Below are positions 1 to 10,736 of a DNA stretch of 23,320 nucleotides, piece by piece. Source of the stretch: Octopus sinensis (lineage: Eukaryota); assembly GCF_006345805.1 (NCBI RefSeq), contig NW_021836618.1:1-23320 (forward strand), written 5' to 3'. Numbering within the stretch: the stretch's first letter is position 1; the number at the start of each line of letters is the position of its first letter. Below the pieces are notes generated by a model. The model had not been told where the DNA came from and ran no database searches. It saw nothing but the letters and a program-made list of their open reading frames with translations. The position numbers and the translations under genes were made by a program.

Positions 1-300
1 TTTTCGGTCTTCTTAGGATCTTGGGGCACGAAGAACTATCGTCTACCAATAATACTTAACATGCAAACGTTCAAATTCTCGGTGCAATGGCTCTCCTAAG
101 ACATAACAAAACTTGGTTCAACACACGAATTCACATCAAGAATCTTGCAAACCAAATACAATAGCGAACTATAATATACATGCATATATATATATATATA
201 TATAATATATATTATATATATATATAATATATATATATTATATATATATATATAGAACATGTATGTATGTATGTATGTATGTATGTATGTATGTATGTAT
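1..300 (+). repeat. Inverted copy of the repeat segment at ~5971-6286, ending in (TA)n/(TGTA)n
   Basis: 1-175 is the reverse complement of ~6110-6286 with scattered mismatches; both copies run into the same compound microsatellite. Confidence 0.9.
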
Positions 301-718
301 TGAGTCATCCCATAAATAATGCGGTGTTTTATTCTTAATTTTCAAAATTAAGATAAACAAATTTCTTTTTAATCCAAAATAGATTCTCCCTCATTTTCTA
401 CAATGCACTTCCATTTATCTGTCGGGTAGACTTGCAAGGTCCCTCTTCCAAAATTTACTCGTCCCCCACGAAGATTACTCCTCCTGTATTGTTCTCACCT
501 CGTCTACAAAATTCATATTTTTCCGTCCAAATGATTTTGAAGGCTGCGGAATAAATGATAACGAGATGGGGGCAATGTCCAGCGAATATGTTGGCTGGGG
601 CATAAAATGCAAAATATATTCTTTTTCTCTAGATCAGGGAGGCATAATTCGCCCCTACTTTTTATTCTCAGTATTTAAGCTATGGTGTAGTACACGTGCT
701 GCGTACACGCCTACAACA

Positions 719-872
719 CTTTCGGTTTCTGTCTACCAAATCCACTCACAAGGCTTTGGTTGGCCCGAGGCTATAGTAGAAGACACTCAACGCAAGGCGC
801 CAGACAGTGGGACTGAACCCGTATTCATATGGTTAGGAGGTTAACGTCTTGCCACACAGCCACGCCTGCGCC
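719..872 (-). mobile_element. tRNA-type SINE family A head, degenerate
   Basis: Matches 12521-12681 and the reverse complement of 14379-14490; A-box-like TGGCTGTGTGG and B-box-like GGTTCAGTCCC on the minus strand. Confidence 0.85.
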
Positions 873-904
873 GTTTGTTTGTTGTTGAGATCTAAAATTA
901 TATT

Positions 905-982
905 GCCCCAGGTCAGTCCTGATTAAAGACGTTCCATCTGTGACCATCTCGTCTTTTATTGAGACGTAGTGTATCTTGGACA
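905..982 (-). repeat. Partial copy of the ~125-bp unit arrayed at 7671-8042
   Basis: gccccaggtcagtcctgat...cttttattgagacgtagtgtatcttggac is the reverse complement of the unit. Confidence 0.75.
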
Positions 983-1790
983 ACAGTTCTATATCCGTTG
1001 GTGTTGAAATGATGAGGCGTAATTCCCGGGAGAGCACCTGTTACTTCTAGCATATCAAGCGACCATCTCGAGACGACGCTCGCCTTGTCGACAATAGAGG
1101 TAAAGAGGGGAGGGGTTGAAGGAATTGTGGGTAGATGGGTGAGTGAGGGGTGGAGTGGAGGTAGGTATCACGTGACACTATCAATTTGGAATGTGGTGAA
1201 ATCCACTTGTTGCTGTCTGTCAGGAATGTATCCTCGTTCGTCCCCGTATCTGTCCGTCTATCTCTGCGTGTGCGCGGTTGTATGTACATACACACATACA
1301 CAAACTCATATATATATATATGTGTGTGCGTGTATGTATGAATACACACATGCATACATACAAGCACACAAACATGCACACGTACGCATATATATACATA
1401 CAGACACACACACACACATACATACGCACATATACATATATATGTACATCAATTTTTTTCATGGTAAGGTGCCGGAAGCTGAAGGTGGAAGAAATTGACC
1501 GGAAGTTGATATGTTATCTTGAAAGAGAGACATAAGGTGGTGGCAGTGGGTGTTGGTGGTGGTGGTAGTGGGGGTGCTGGTTTAGGTGGTAATATTGACG
1601 GTGGTAGTCTACTGATGAGCGCTGCGCCACCTGTTGGCACTCATCATATAAGAAGTCACTGTCTATCTTGGAATGTCCTTCGAGAATGTACCATCCCATC
1701 GTATACTGTTGTTTCTGGTGTTGTTGTACAGGCCCTTGTCAGTGCTGACATAGTGTATCTAGGACGACATCATTGTATGTGACAAGAAGT

Positions 1791-2101
1791 GAATCCTTCC
1801 AGTTGTGCAATGAAAGCGCCGAGGGACACTCGGAGCTCTAATAACCAGGTTCGAGAAATATGCCGGAGAGATGACAACTATCATGAGGGCAGAGCAGGCG
1901 ACGATGACGGCTCTGTTGGGGACAGCTAGGATTTTGAGAGTGGTGGCCGGGTGTGGAGTGCCTTCCACGATAAGTTAACATCCAAGTACCAAGTCTTATA
2001 GTTTGTGGAAAAAGAGACCTCTAACAACAGGCTGATGTCTGCTCTCACGGAATCAACCAGAACAAGCAAGACTGAGAACTCTGAGAATTAAAATAATAAT
2101 G

Positions 2102-2153
<52 letters not shown>
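1791..2153 (+). mobile_element. R4/Dong-clade non-LTR retrotransposon, extreme 3' end with (AAT)n tail
   Basis: Translates LGALITRFEKYAGEMTTIMRAEQATMTALLGTARILRVV, the same C-terminal motif as LLGNARILRRVL in the next element; followed by a short UTR and (AAT)n at 2092-2153. Confidence 0.7.
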
Positions 2154-2156
<3 letters not shown>

Positions 2157-2184
2157 TTTATTATTATTATTATTATTATTATTA

Positions 2185-2216
<32 letters not shown>
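2092..2216. repeat. Abutting (AAT)n and (ATT)n microsatellites
   Basis: Directly visible; the switch point is at ~2154-2158. Confidence 0.95.
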
Positions 2217-2221
<5 letters not shown>

Positions 2222-2228
2222 TGATTTA

Positions 2229-2452
2229 AGGTGGCGAGTTGGTAGAATCGTTAGCATACCGTTTGTTAGCATACCGGGCGAAATGCTTAGTGGTATTCCG
2301 TCTGCCGCTACGTTCTGAGTTCAAATTCCGCCGAGGTCGACTTTGCCTTTCATCCTTTCGGGATCGATTAAATAAGTACCAGTTACACACTAGGGTCGAT
2401 GTAATCGACTTAATCCCCTCCCCCAAGCTGTCCTTGTGGCAAAAGTTTGAAA
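2229..2452 (+). mobile_element. tRNA-type SINE family C
   Basis: gtggcgagttgg (A-box-like) ... gagttcaaattcc (B-box-like); close match to 2868-3098; small internal duplication gttagcataccg. Confidence 0.85.
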
Positions 2453-3790
2453 TCAGAGAAATGAAGAAAATGGATACCCAAACCAGAAAAATGTTGACAG
2501 TACACGGAGCTTTCCACCCTAAGAGTGACACCGATAGGCTGTACATGTCCAGAAGAAAGGGTGGGAGAGGTTTGATCAGTTGCCAGAACTGTACCGAAGC
2601 AGAGGAAAACAGCCTAGGGTGGTATATAAAAAATGCTGTGGAACCACTGTTGAAACACACGAAGAAGGCCGGCGTCAACAAAACTGAAAATTGTGTAATT
2701 AAAGAAAAATTTAAATAAGAAATGAACAAAAGAAAAAGAAAAAGCATTGAAGGAAAAGAAAATGTTTGGTCAGTTTCCAAGAGATGTGAACGCCAAGGCA
2801 GAAGCAGAGGACCCAGAGGGTATAGATGAGAAGGAGTGACCTGAAGATAGAGACAGAAACACTCATAGGCGTCGAGCTGGCAGAAACGTTAGCGCACCGG
2901 GCGAAATGCTTAGCAATATTTCGTCTGCCGCTACGTTCTGAGTTCAAATTCCGCCGAGGTCGACTTTGCCTTTCATCCTTTCGAGGTCGATAAATTAAGT
3001 ACCAGTTACGCACTGGGGTCGATATAATCGACTTAATCCGTTTGTCTGTCCTTGTTTGTCCCCTCTATGTTTAGCTCCTTGTGGGTAATAAAGAAATAAG
3101 AAACACTCATATGCGCAGCTCAGGAACAAGCATTAAGGACCAACTATATGAAGTGCAGCACTACCGATAGCAACAAGTGCAGAATGTGTGGTGAGAGGGG
3201 TGAAACGGCATGGCACATCGTTAGAGAATTCCCGAAATTGGCACAACGCGAATATAAACGACGCCATGAGAATGGGATAAGAATGATGCGCTGGGAGCTC
3301 GGTGGAAATCACGGCCTACAAACAGCAAAGATGTGAACAAACCCCAGAAGGAGTCACTGAAAATGAGAACTTCAAAATCCTGTGGGATGTAATGTTCCAG
3401 TGCGATCACCTGACCAGACATAGGAAATCGGATATTGTTGTGGTGAATAAAAAAGAAAGAACATGCGTGATAATCGACATAGCATGTCCTGGTGATAACA
3501 GGATCAGAGTGAAAGAAGAAGGTAAAATAAACAACTACGATGATTTAAAGTGGGAAATATAAAGGTTGTGGTCAATGAAGAGAGTAGACGTGATACCAAT
3601 AGTAATTGGTGCCCTTGGAAGTGTCAGCATTCAACTCGCAACATGGCTGAAAAAGATCGGTGCCACTGTGAAGGTAGAAAGATTACAAAAATCAAGATTG
3701 CTTGGAAATGCAAGAATTCTTCGTAGAGTTCTTGAAGCATGACCAGTAAACAAGTGTCGCCTTAGTTTGCTGGTGGTGGACAGCTGACAG
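2453..3790 (+). mobile_element. R4/Dong-clade LINE 3' fragment (post-RT region, zinc knuckle, restriction-like endonuclease), decayed
   Basis: HPKSDTDRLYMSRRKGGRGL; ETLICAAQEQALRTNY; CRMCGERGETAWHIV; RKSDIVVVNKKERTCVIIDIACP..KEEGKINNY; VIPIVIGALG; stop at 3740-3742; frameshifts and internal stops. Confidence 0.92.
2868..3098 (+). mobile_element. SINE family C inserted into the R4-like LINE with a 13-bp target-site duplication
   Basis: AGAAACACTCATA at 2855-2867 and 3099-3111; the LINE reading resumes after the second copy. Confidence 0.95.
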
Positions 3791-4886
3791 AGAACTGGAT
3801 ACAAACACGAAGGCAGCAAAAAAGATCAATTTTATTGTCGAGGAAGCTTGCAAATTTGTAAGGGAACTTGGCATTAACCCAGAAATAGTTGAAGAACCTG
3901 AAACCACTACTACAAAACATGCAAAATGGGTCAAGCAGACTGCAAAAAAGAACGGGCAGAAACAAATTGATGAGCGATGGAGCCAGGAGCCTCTGCATGG
4001 ACAGTATATACTTCGAAGTCGAAATACTGATGTAGATCAAGCAACAACCCATCAGTGGCTGAGAAGCTCAGTAGAGACTGAAGGTGCCACAAGACCAAAG
4101 CTTGCTCACAAATACTACCAGGCTAACGTTATTCAAAACAGTTTTGACCCTAAATGCAGATTCTGCGGCACATTTGACGAAACAATAGACCAACTATTTC
4201 CGGATGTCCTGTACTGACACCAAACGAATACAAAAATCGCCACAATTGCGTAGGACAATGTTTACACTGGAAAATATCTAAACACTACAAATCGGCACTC
4301 CTGCTTACTGGTATGAACATCATCCTGAGCCAGTCGTTGAAGGTCACTAAACTCTGAGATTTTTCAGTAAACACTGACAAAACGATCCAGGCAAATCGAC
4401 CCGACATAATTATTAAAGCCTGGCAAGAAAATACTTGTAGACTATTAGATATAAGTGTTCCCACTGATAAAAATATATCTGTAAAGGAATTTGACAAACT
4501 TAGTGAATATAAGGACCTGGAAATAACATACAAAAGATGTGGCATCTTAAAGCAAAAACTGTTTCTGTTTTTGTAAACGCTCCAGGTATGATAAAGAAAA
4601 GGGCTGTCAGAAATATGTAAACAACATCCCGGGAGAACCATGTCTCAGAGAAGTCCAAAAGATTGTGCTGACAAGTACTACTCACATCCTTAGAAAAACC
4701 CTATCAATTTAAACGTCTGTGTTGTATTACATGAGGATATTTCGCTACTGCCCCTGCCACTTCCTCTCCACAAGCTTTCAGTCATACTGTAGCATCTCTT
4801 ATCCTCCACTCACCCCGGGAGGCTGGGTATGTCTTGGCAAGTGATTGTAACCAGCATGCAGCTTGAAAGTAAATAACAATAATAAT
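3791..4886 (+). mobile_element. Second R4/Dong-clade LINE 3' fragment (different subfamily), decayed
   Basis: WSQEPLHGQY; THQWLRSS; DPKCRFCGTFDETID; NEYKNRHNCVGQCLHW; QANRPDIII..CRLLDISVPTDKNISVKEFDKLSEYKDLEI; HILRKTLSI* (stop 4710-4712); UTR ends in aataacaataataat. Confidence 0.9.
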
Positions 4887-5092
4887 CATTTCTACTGAAG
4901 GTACATGGTCTGAAATTAGGCGGGAGGGGGCTAGTCTATTACATTGACCCCAGTGCTTTACTGGTACTTAATTTACCGGCCCCGAAAAGATAAAAGGCAT
5001 GGTCGACCTTGGCGGCATTTGAACTCAGAACGTAAAGAGCCGGAAGACATTCTGAAAGGAATTTCCTCTGACTTGCTAACGATGCTGTCAGT
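4887..5092 (-). mobile_element. SINE family C, degenerate
   Basis: ggtcgaccttggcggcatttgaactcagaacgta and flanks are the reverse complement of the 2229-2452 body. Confidence 0.8.
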
Positions 5093-5433
5093 GAAGTTAC
5101 AATGCCAGAAATTTCTTGACTGGGTTAGCTGAATAAATCGACTTATATATATAGAAACATCTTCACATTTAAATAAATATATACATCATAACGTATATAC
5201 GCAAACATTTTAAAAAACTGTCTCATATATATGATGTTAAAATGTTAAAATGAGGAAATTGCACAATAAATTAATATAACATAATTAAATTCGTGAGTAA
5301 ACAATAAACCTCGGCGAAACTTAAGCTTAAATTTGTATAACAGTCGAAGGCTTTCTTAAAAGTGACGTCGAAATATGCACTAGCATTGTAATACCAAAAA
5401 GGACAGTCAAAATTTTCCGAAAGTCAAAACATT

Positions 5434-5865
5434 TTACCCATACGGTATTTTATCAGTTGACATTTTAAACCTCGCGGCGTGCCTACAGGAATTTAAGAGC
5501 TCGCGTCTCTGGTTCAAAGCATGTTTATCCTGGAACAAGATGAAGAACTTTTCTGAGAGGCAAAGATTACATTTCATGGGTCTTTTATAAGCTCCATATG
5601 TGTATGATGATGCTTTTTCTAGAATTTCCCTAGTTATATTGAAGTGACGGCTATCATTCTCTTTCAATTCCGAGACATACTTTGCAAGATTAGTTGCTGT
5701 CCTATTCTCGGGGAATCGGAAAGAATTTCGGTGTAAATAAAACCGAGTCTTGAATGAATTTTCCGAAGCCCCTGTCTAAATTTTATATTCTTGTGAGCCA
5801 TCTACTTGCACTTTAGCTCTATAAACGATTCCTTTTTCAAGACATTTACCTTTCAACGGACAGCA
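5434..5865 (-). pseudogene. Penelope-like element GIY-YIG endonuclease remnant
   Basis: One frame from 5862: CPLKGKCLEKGIVYRAKV...EYKI*TGASENSFKTRFYLHRNSF...ILEKASSY...CNLCLSEKFFIL...LNQRRELLNSCRH. The single TAG (5776-5778) sits at the Tyr of the YIG motif. Confidence 0.88.
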
Positions 5866-5970
5866 AGTCTCATCCTAGATTAGATTCGGCGCTTTGGTTG
5901 TTTGTTATAATTTTCAAGTTAAGCTGATTAATAAAAGAGGCGAAGTTTTTGCAACAAGAATAGCTAACCT

Positions 5971-6105
5971 ATACATACATACATACATACATACATACAT
6001 ACATACATACATACATACATACATGCATACATACATACATACATACATACATACATACATACATACATACATACATACATACATGTATATATATATATGT
6101 ATGCA
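5971..6105. repeat. (TACA)n/(TA)n microsatellite
   Basis: Directly visible. Confidence 0.97.
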
Positions 6106-6432
6106 TGTATATATAGTTTCGCTATTGTATTTGGTTTGCAAGATTCTTGATGTGAATTCGTGTGTTGAAGCAAGTTTTGTTGTGTCTTGGGAGAGCCATT
6201 GCACCGAGAATTTGAACGTTTGCATGTTTAAGTATTATTGGTAGATGATAGTTCTTCGTGCCCCAATATCCTAAGAAAGACCGAAACGCCCTGAAGTGGG
6301 TCTTTAAACCGATCCTTAAGCGGTTTATGGTGTATTTGTTGAAATATTCGTATACCTATATGTATGTGCATATGAATACGCATGTATGTATATACATGTG
6401 TTGTGTACAGAAGAATTTGTATTAGATTAAAA

Positions 6433-6723
6433 TAGTCATCTGTATATCACACTTAATGCAGAAACATGCCGAAAAGCCACATTAACTGCTGTATTCGTTT
6501 GGAGGTAATGTCTCTTATGGATGCTCCGTGTCAGCACAAATATATCAGCTACAAATGAAGCTCCTACAAGGCTGCCAACGCCGACGCGCGTCAAGTCGCG
6601 TCTGCTTCTGATATATCTGTCTTGACAAAGCACGTCCACTACAGATGTTATCGCTGGACAAATATCACAGTTAATATGGCTTTCGCGGATTTCTCTGCAT
6701 TAAGTACGATACACAGATGCCTA
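6433..6723. mobile_element. MITE-like element with ~55-bp imperfect terminal inverted repeats
   Basis: Left tagtcatctgtatatcacacttaatgcagaaacatgccgaaaagccacattaactg versus reverse complement of right taggcatctgtgtatcgtacttaatgcagagaaatccgcgaaagccatattaactg; TA at both ends (possible TSD). Confidence 0.75.
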
Positions 6724-6894
6724 AACACACACGCACACACACACCATACACACATACACATATGTGTGTGTGATTGTATACATATATTCAGAGATAGAGG
6801 GAGAGAGTTAGATGTAAGTATTGATATATGATTTGGTATCTTTCTGTCCATCTGTCTCTCTGTTTATCTCCTCCTCCTCCTCCACCCTCTCTCT

Positions 6895-6900
6895 TTCTTT

Positions 6901-6966
<66 letters not shown>

Positions 6967-7001
6967 TTGTCTGTCTGTCTGTCTGTCTGTCTGTTTATGT
7001 A

Positions 7002-7051
<50 letters not shown>

Positions 7052-7190
7052 CATCTTTCTTCCTCTCTCCCTCTCCCTTTCCCTCCCTCTCCCTTCCTCT
7101 TTCTCTCCCACTCCCTTTTCCTCTCTCTCTCCTTTTCTTCTTTCCTCCTCTCTCTCTCCCTTTCTTCCTCTCCCGCCTCTCTATCTCCCA
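6895..7190. repeat. (CT)n/(TCTA)n/(TCTG)n microsatellites plus polypyrimidine tract
   Basis: Directly visible. Confidence 0.95.
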
Positions 7191-7515
7191 CCACCACTGC
7201 TGCCGTCACCATCAACGCCAAGAAACAACTCTTGTTGTTGTTGTTGTTGTTCTGATTGTTGTTTCTGTAATGTGTCAATGACAGATATACTTCCACCCCC
7301 GCCCCCAGACCCCCGCCACCATACCTCTCCCCACCCTCTCCTAAACATCTACCCGGCCCACCCGTTTATGTTAAGATACCCTGATTACTGCAGGTGTTCC
7401 ATTTCAAGCCAACCCCGACCCCCGCACCGCCATTTTGTGTTGTTTTAAGGTGCGGGGGTGTCGGGGGGAGGTAATTAACTTCATCTTGTTCTATTTACTC
7501 CTATCAACACTTCGC

Positions 7516-7553
7516 CGCCCTCTAGCGGCGACAACAACACCGCCCTCTAGTGG
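7516..7553 (-). promoter_or_regulatory. Two tandem CTCF-like motifs
   Basis: Minus strand CCGCTAGAGGGCG (7516-7528) and CCACTAGAGGGCG (7541-7553) match the CCASYAGRKGGCR core; motif match only. Confidence 0.5.
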
Positions 7554-7670
7554 AACATGTTAACAAGAAGCCAACGGCAAAACCTGCCTCTACATGGTCG
7601 CTCGACATGCTGGAAATGACAGCCAGATTCCATCAAATCACGTCTAACATTGTTTTACAACGGGAAAAAT

Positions 7671-8042
7671 CACATTAGATAATGTAGTCCTAGATACACT
7701 ATGTCTGAATAAAAGATGGGATGGTCATGGCTGGAACATCTTTGATCATAAGTCTGTCTGGATGAGCCCTAAGCTGGGGCTAAACAACAACACGGAAGGA
7801 CACATTAGATAATGTAGTCCTAGATACACTATGCCTGAATCAAAGACGGGATGGTCACTGCTGGAACATCTTTGATCATAGGTCAACTGGATCAGACTGA
7901 CCTATGGCTAAACAACAAGAAGGACACATTAGATAATGTAGTCCTAGATATACTGTATCTGAATAAAAGATGGGATGGTCATGGCCAGACCGTATTTGAT
8001 CGTAGGTCTAATGGATCAGGACTGACCTGGGGCTAAACAACA
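7671..8042 (+). repeat. Three tandem copies of a ~125-bp unit (probable SINE 3' end)
   Basis: Units start cacattagataatgtagtcctagata at 7671, 7801 and 7925; each ends ggctaaacaaca(a). Confidence 0.92.
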
Positions 8043-8947
8043 GGGATGGTCGCGAGTGGAACAAAGTTGTAGATTTGTGAACTCGGTAGATCATCGGAGC
8101 TGATGCTTTGTGCTGGGTGCTGGGTTATGAACCATAATGTTTTGAGTTCAATTCTAGCTGGGACTTAGTTTCGTATTGCTTAGTATTAGGGGTCAAAGTG
8201 TGTGTGTGTGTGGGGGGAGCAGATATGAGAGAGGAGGGAGCAAGAGAGAAAGAGAGAGAGAGAAAGAGACAGTAAGAATTAAATGAAGGAAGAGAGAGTA
8301 AGAGAGAGAGAAAAAGAGAGGGAGAGAAATGGTGTGTGGGGGTGTGTGAATGAGAAGGAGAGAGGGGGAAAGAGAGGGCGAAGAAAGGGAAGAGGGAGAC
8401 GGGGCAGGCCATATAACATACACACACACGCACACACATTCTATTCTCATAAATAAGGGCTGAAAGATTTAAGGGTCCCCGTTTTTAGTAACAAGCTTCT
8501 TTGCTCCCTAAGGGTTTATCAGTTGCCTGTTAATACCTGTTTTATATGGCAATTAACACTGCATTTAGGGGCCAAAAGAGGAGAGATTTCAGATATTTTA
8601 AAACAAAGTAACGATGTTAGGATACCCTCAGAAAGTTTGTAAAGATTACCCTCAGATCCCGGCCCCTCACTCAACCGAGTTTGTTAGGGGCTGTTTGAAA
8701 TGTTGAAAAAGGGCGTGCCCAAACATATGTTCCCTTTAGATACAACAGAGAAATGTTATCTCGGTAACGAGAAGGGGATTTCTCTGTGGTTGTTAGGGAT
8801 GTGTGAAATAGCAGTCAAATCTCCTCCTTAAATCACACCCCTTGCTGTCGTCATAAATAAGGTACAATGGCGATTGTGTTCTTAGATAGACTAGGGATGA
8901 GTGATCCCTCTTTCCCATGAAAAAAGCATGGCGTTAATTTTACTTCT

Positions 8948-8988
8948 CTATCTATCTACCTACCTACCTATCTATCTATCTATCTATC

Positions 8989-9040
<52 letters not shown>

Positions 9041-9057
9041 TTATCTATCTATCTTTA

Positions 9058-9124
<67 letters not shown>

Positions 9125-9125
9125 G
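8948..9125. repeat. (TATC)n microsatellite
   Basis: Directly visible. Confidence 0.97.
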
Positions 9126-9343
9126 TTTATTTGTTTGTCTGACCCTATCGCATTCTACCAACCAGCATATATGTATGTCTATAATATGTGATATTATGTC
9201 AGGTCACTTGTGGGGTCTTCCATGAGTGTTACTGGTAATATAGAATCCAGCACAAACTGTTGAACAACGGCGGCAACAGAAACGCAATTTTATTTACCAC
9301 AATAATTTCTATAGAACCAAACACATAATGTGAACACTAAACA

Positions 9344-10610
9344 TTAGTTTTGCATTGGAGAGGATTTAGTGGTTGTTGGATATGTTTTACGGTTTTTCGG
9401 TAACGATCTGTAAAACAAGTTGTTTCTCAATTTCATCTTTTGTGAGAATGTTATTGTAGTCCTGAATGAGTTTGACACCCCTTTCTGTAACATCATCCAC
9501 GACAACTGTCCCCTCGTGTTGTTCAAGTCTACTTTTGTAACCAGGATCATCCTTCCATGTTGAAGGGTCTTTGTCGAGGAAATCGGTGTTGATAGCAAAC
9601 CTCGTGAAGAAAGTTTTTGTACCAAGAGTTACAAAGGACACAAACTCGATGTTTGTAAACGAAGAAAAATCGTTTTGGTGTAGAATGTACCTCTTCAGTT
9701 GATTTCTTCTTCTTCCTCTTCTTCACCTTTGGTCTGCTTCCACCATAACTTGAGCAATGTTTGCCTTCACCTCTGTCGGAACATTGTCATCAAATATGGA
9801 TGGAGCCACAGTTTCGGGAGCTAAATACCAGAGATGTTTGGAAAATTTTTTCGCAGCAGCCTTACTGATTTCTGGATCAATAATTCTGATAATTTATCAG
9901 TTGACTCATCAATAGGAAATCATGATAAAGAGCTTTAATTACTTCTGATGACAGAAACCAGACTCGGACGTACACTTGAGCAAGAAATACATATTTTTTA
10001 TTCAAGAAATTGATCTTGAAACAGGTGTATCTTGAATACGTAAATTGCTTTTGACATCCATCTAGCATGACTTGCAGCTCCTGGTGTACGAAACGAGATC
10101 CTGTTTTTCAAAATGCCGCCAAGAAAGATCATTGTTAACTCCGACAATTCTCGGTAATCATTTCGCTGTTGTTTCTGCGGAGAAAGGTGGTATTCAAGAA
10201 ATCCAAGGCATTTCATTGCTACTATTTATGTAAACCTTCTTGTTGAGTTTCATCCAGGTTTCTCTAAACCTTTTGAAAAACGCCATGTCTGGACCAGAAG
10301 TTGCATCAATCAGTGAGTCAAAACAACTTCTAAAAAGCTAACTAAAAAATATGATGATAGCAACGGAAGTACAACAGGTCGCCATCGAACAATCTTTCTA
10401 GATTTGTTCTGGCACCATTTACTCGACCTGTGTTGCTTGCTGTTGTATCACAGCAAAGTGCCTAAATTTTGCGAGTTATACCCCACTTCTCCACTGCTTG
10501 GTAAACAGCTATGCCTTACTGTTCTGAAGATGTTGGAATTTCAGGCACTCCCAACAATTACTCCTTGCCTTGAAAAGTAAATATTGTTGCCAGTCTATGT
10601 ACCTTTCCAA
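9344..10610 (-). pseudogene. Decayed hAT-superfamily (hATm-like) DDE transposase
   Basis: LLGVP; ALCCDTTASNTGRVNGA; RCYHHIF (CxxH-type motif); SGPD..FKRFRETW; QRNDYRELSEL; PGAASHARWMSKAIY; VDDVTERGVKLIQDYNNILTKDEIEKQLVLQ; many stops and frameshifts. The hATm label is from motif recall. Confidence 0.85.
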
Positions 10611-10613
10611 CGC

Positions 10614-10671
<58 letters not shown>

Positions 10672-10736
10672 CCGCAGTAGACACATAAATGTGAAACAAG
10701 GTGGAAAAAAGAGTACTCAATACCAGTGGTAGAGTA

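Noticed and set aside
2229-2345. tRNA genes at SINE heads (also 12600-12681 and 14379-14415)
   Set aside because: Only A/B-box-like remnants fused to SINE bodies; no full cloverleaf.
5150-5900. Selenocysteine codon/SECIS as reported for some Naiad PLEs
   Set aside because: The upstream Cys motif is degraded, the in-frame stops are TAG rather than TGA, and no SECIS was recognisable.
7671-7800. Ribozyme (hammerhead/twister) in the 125-bp unit
   Set aside because: I found no convincing core motif on either strand by eye.
7671-8042. Regularly spaced conserved motif resembling a CRISPR array
   Set aside because: The whole ~125-bp unit is homologous between copies, so there are no unique spacers; no cas genes; eukaryotic context.
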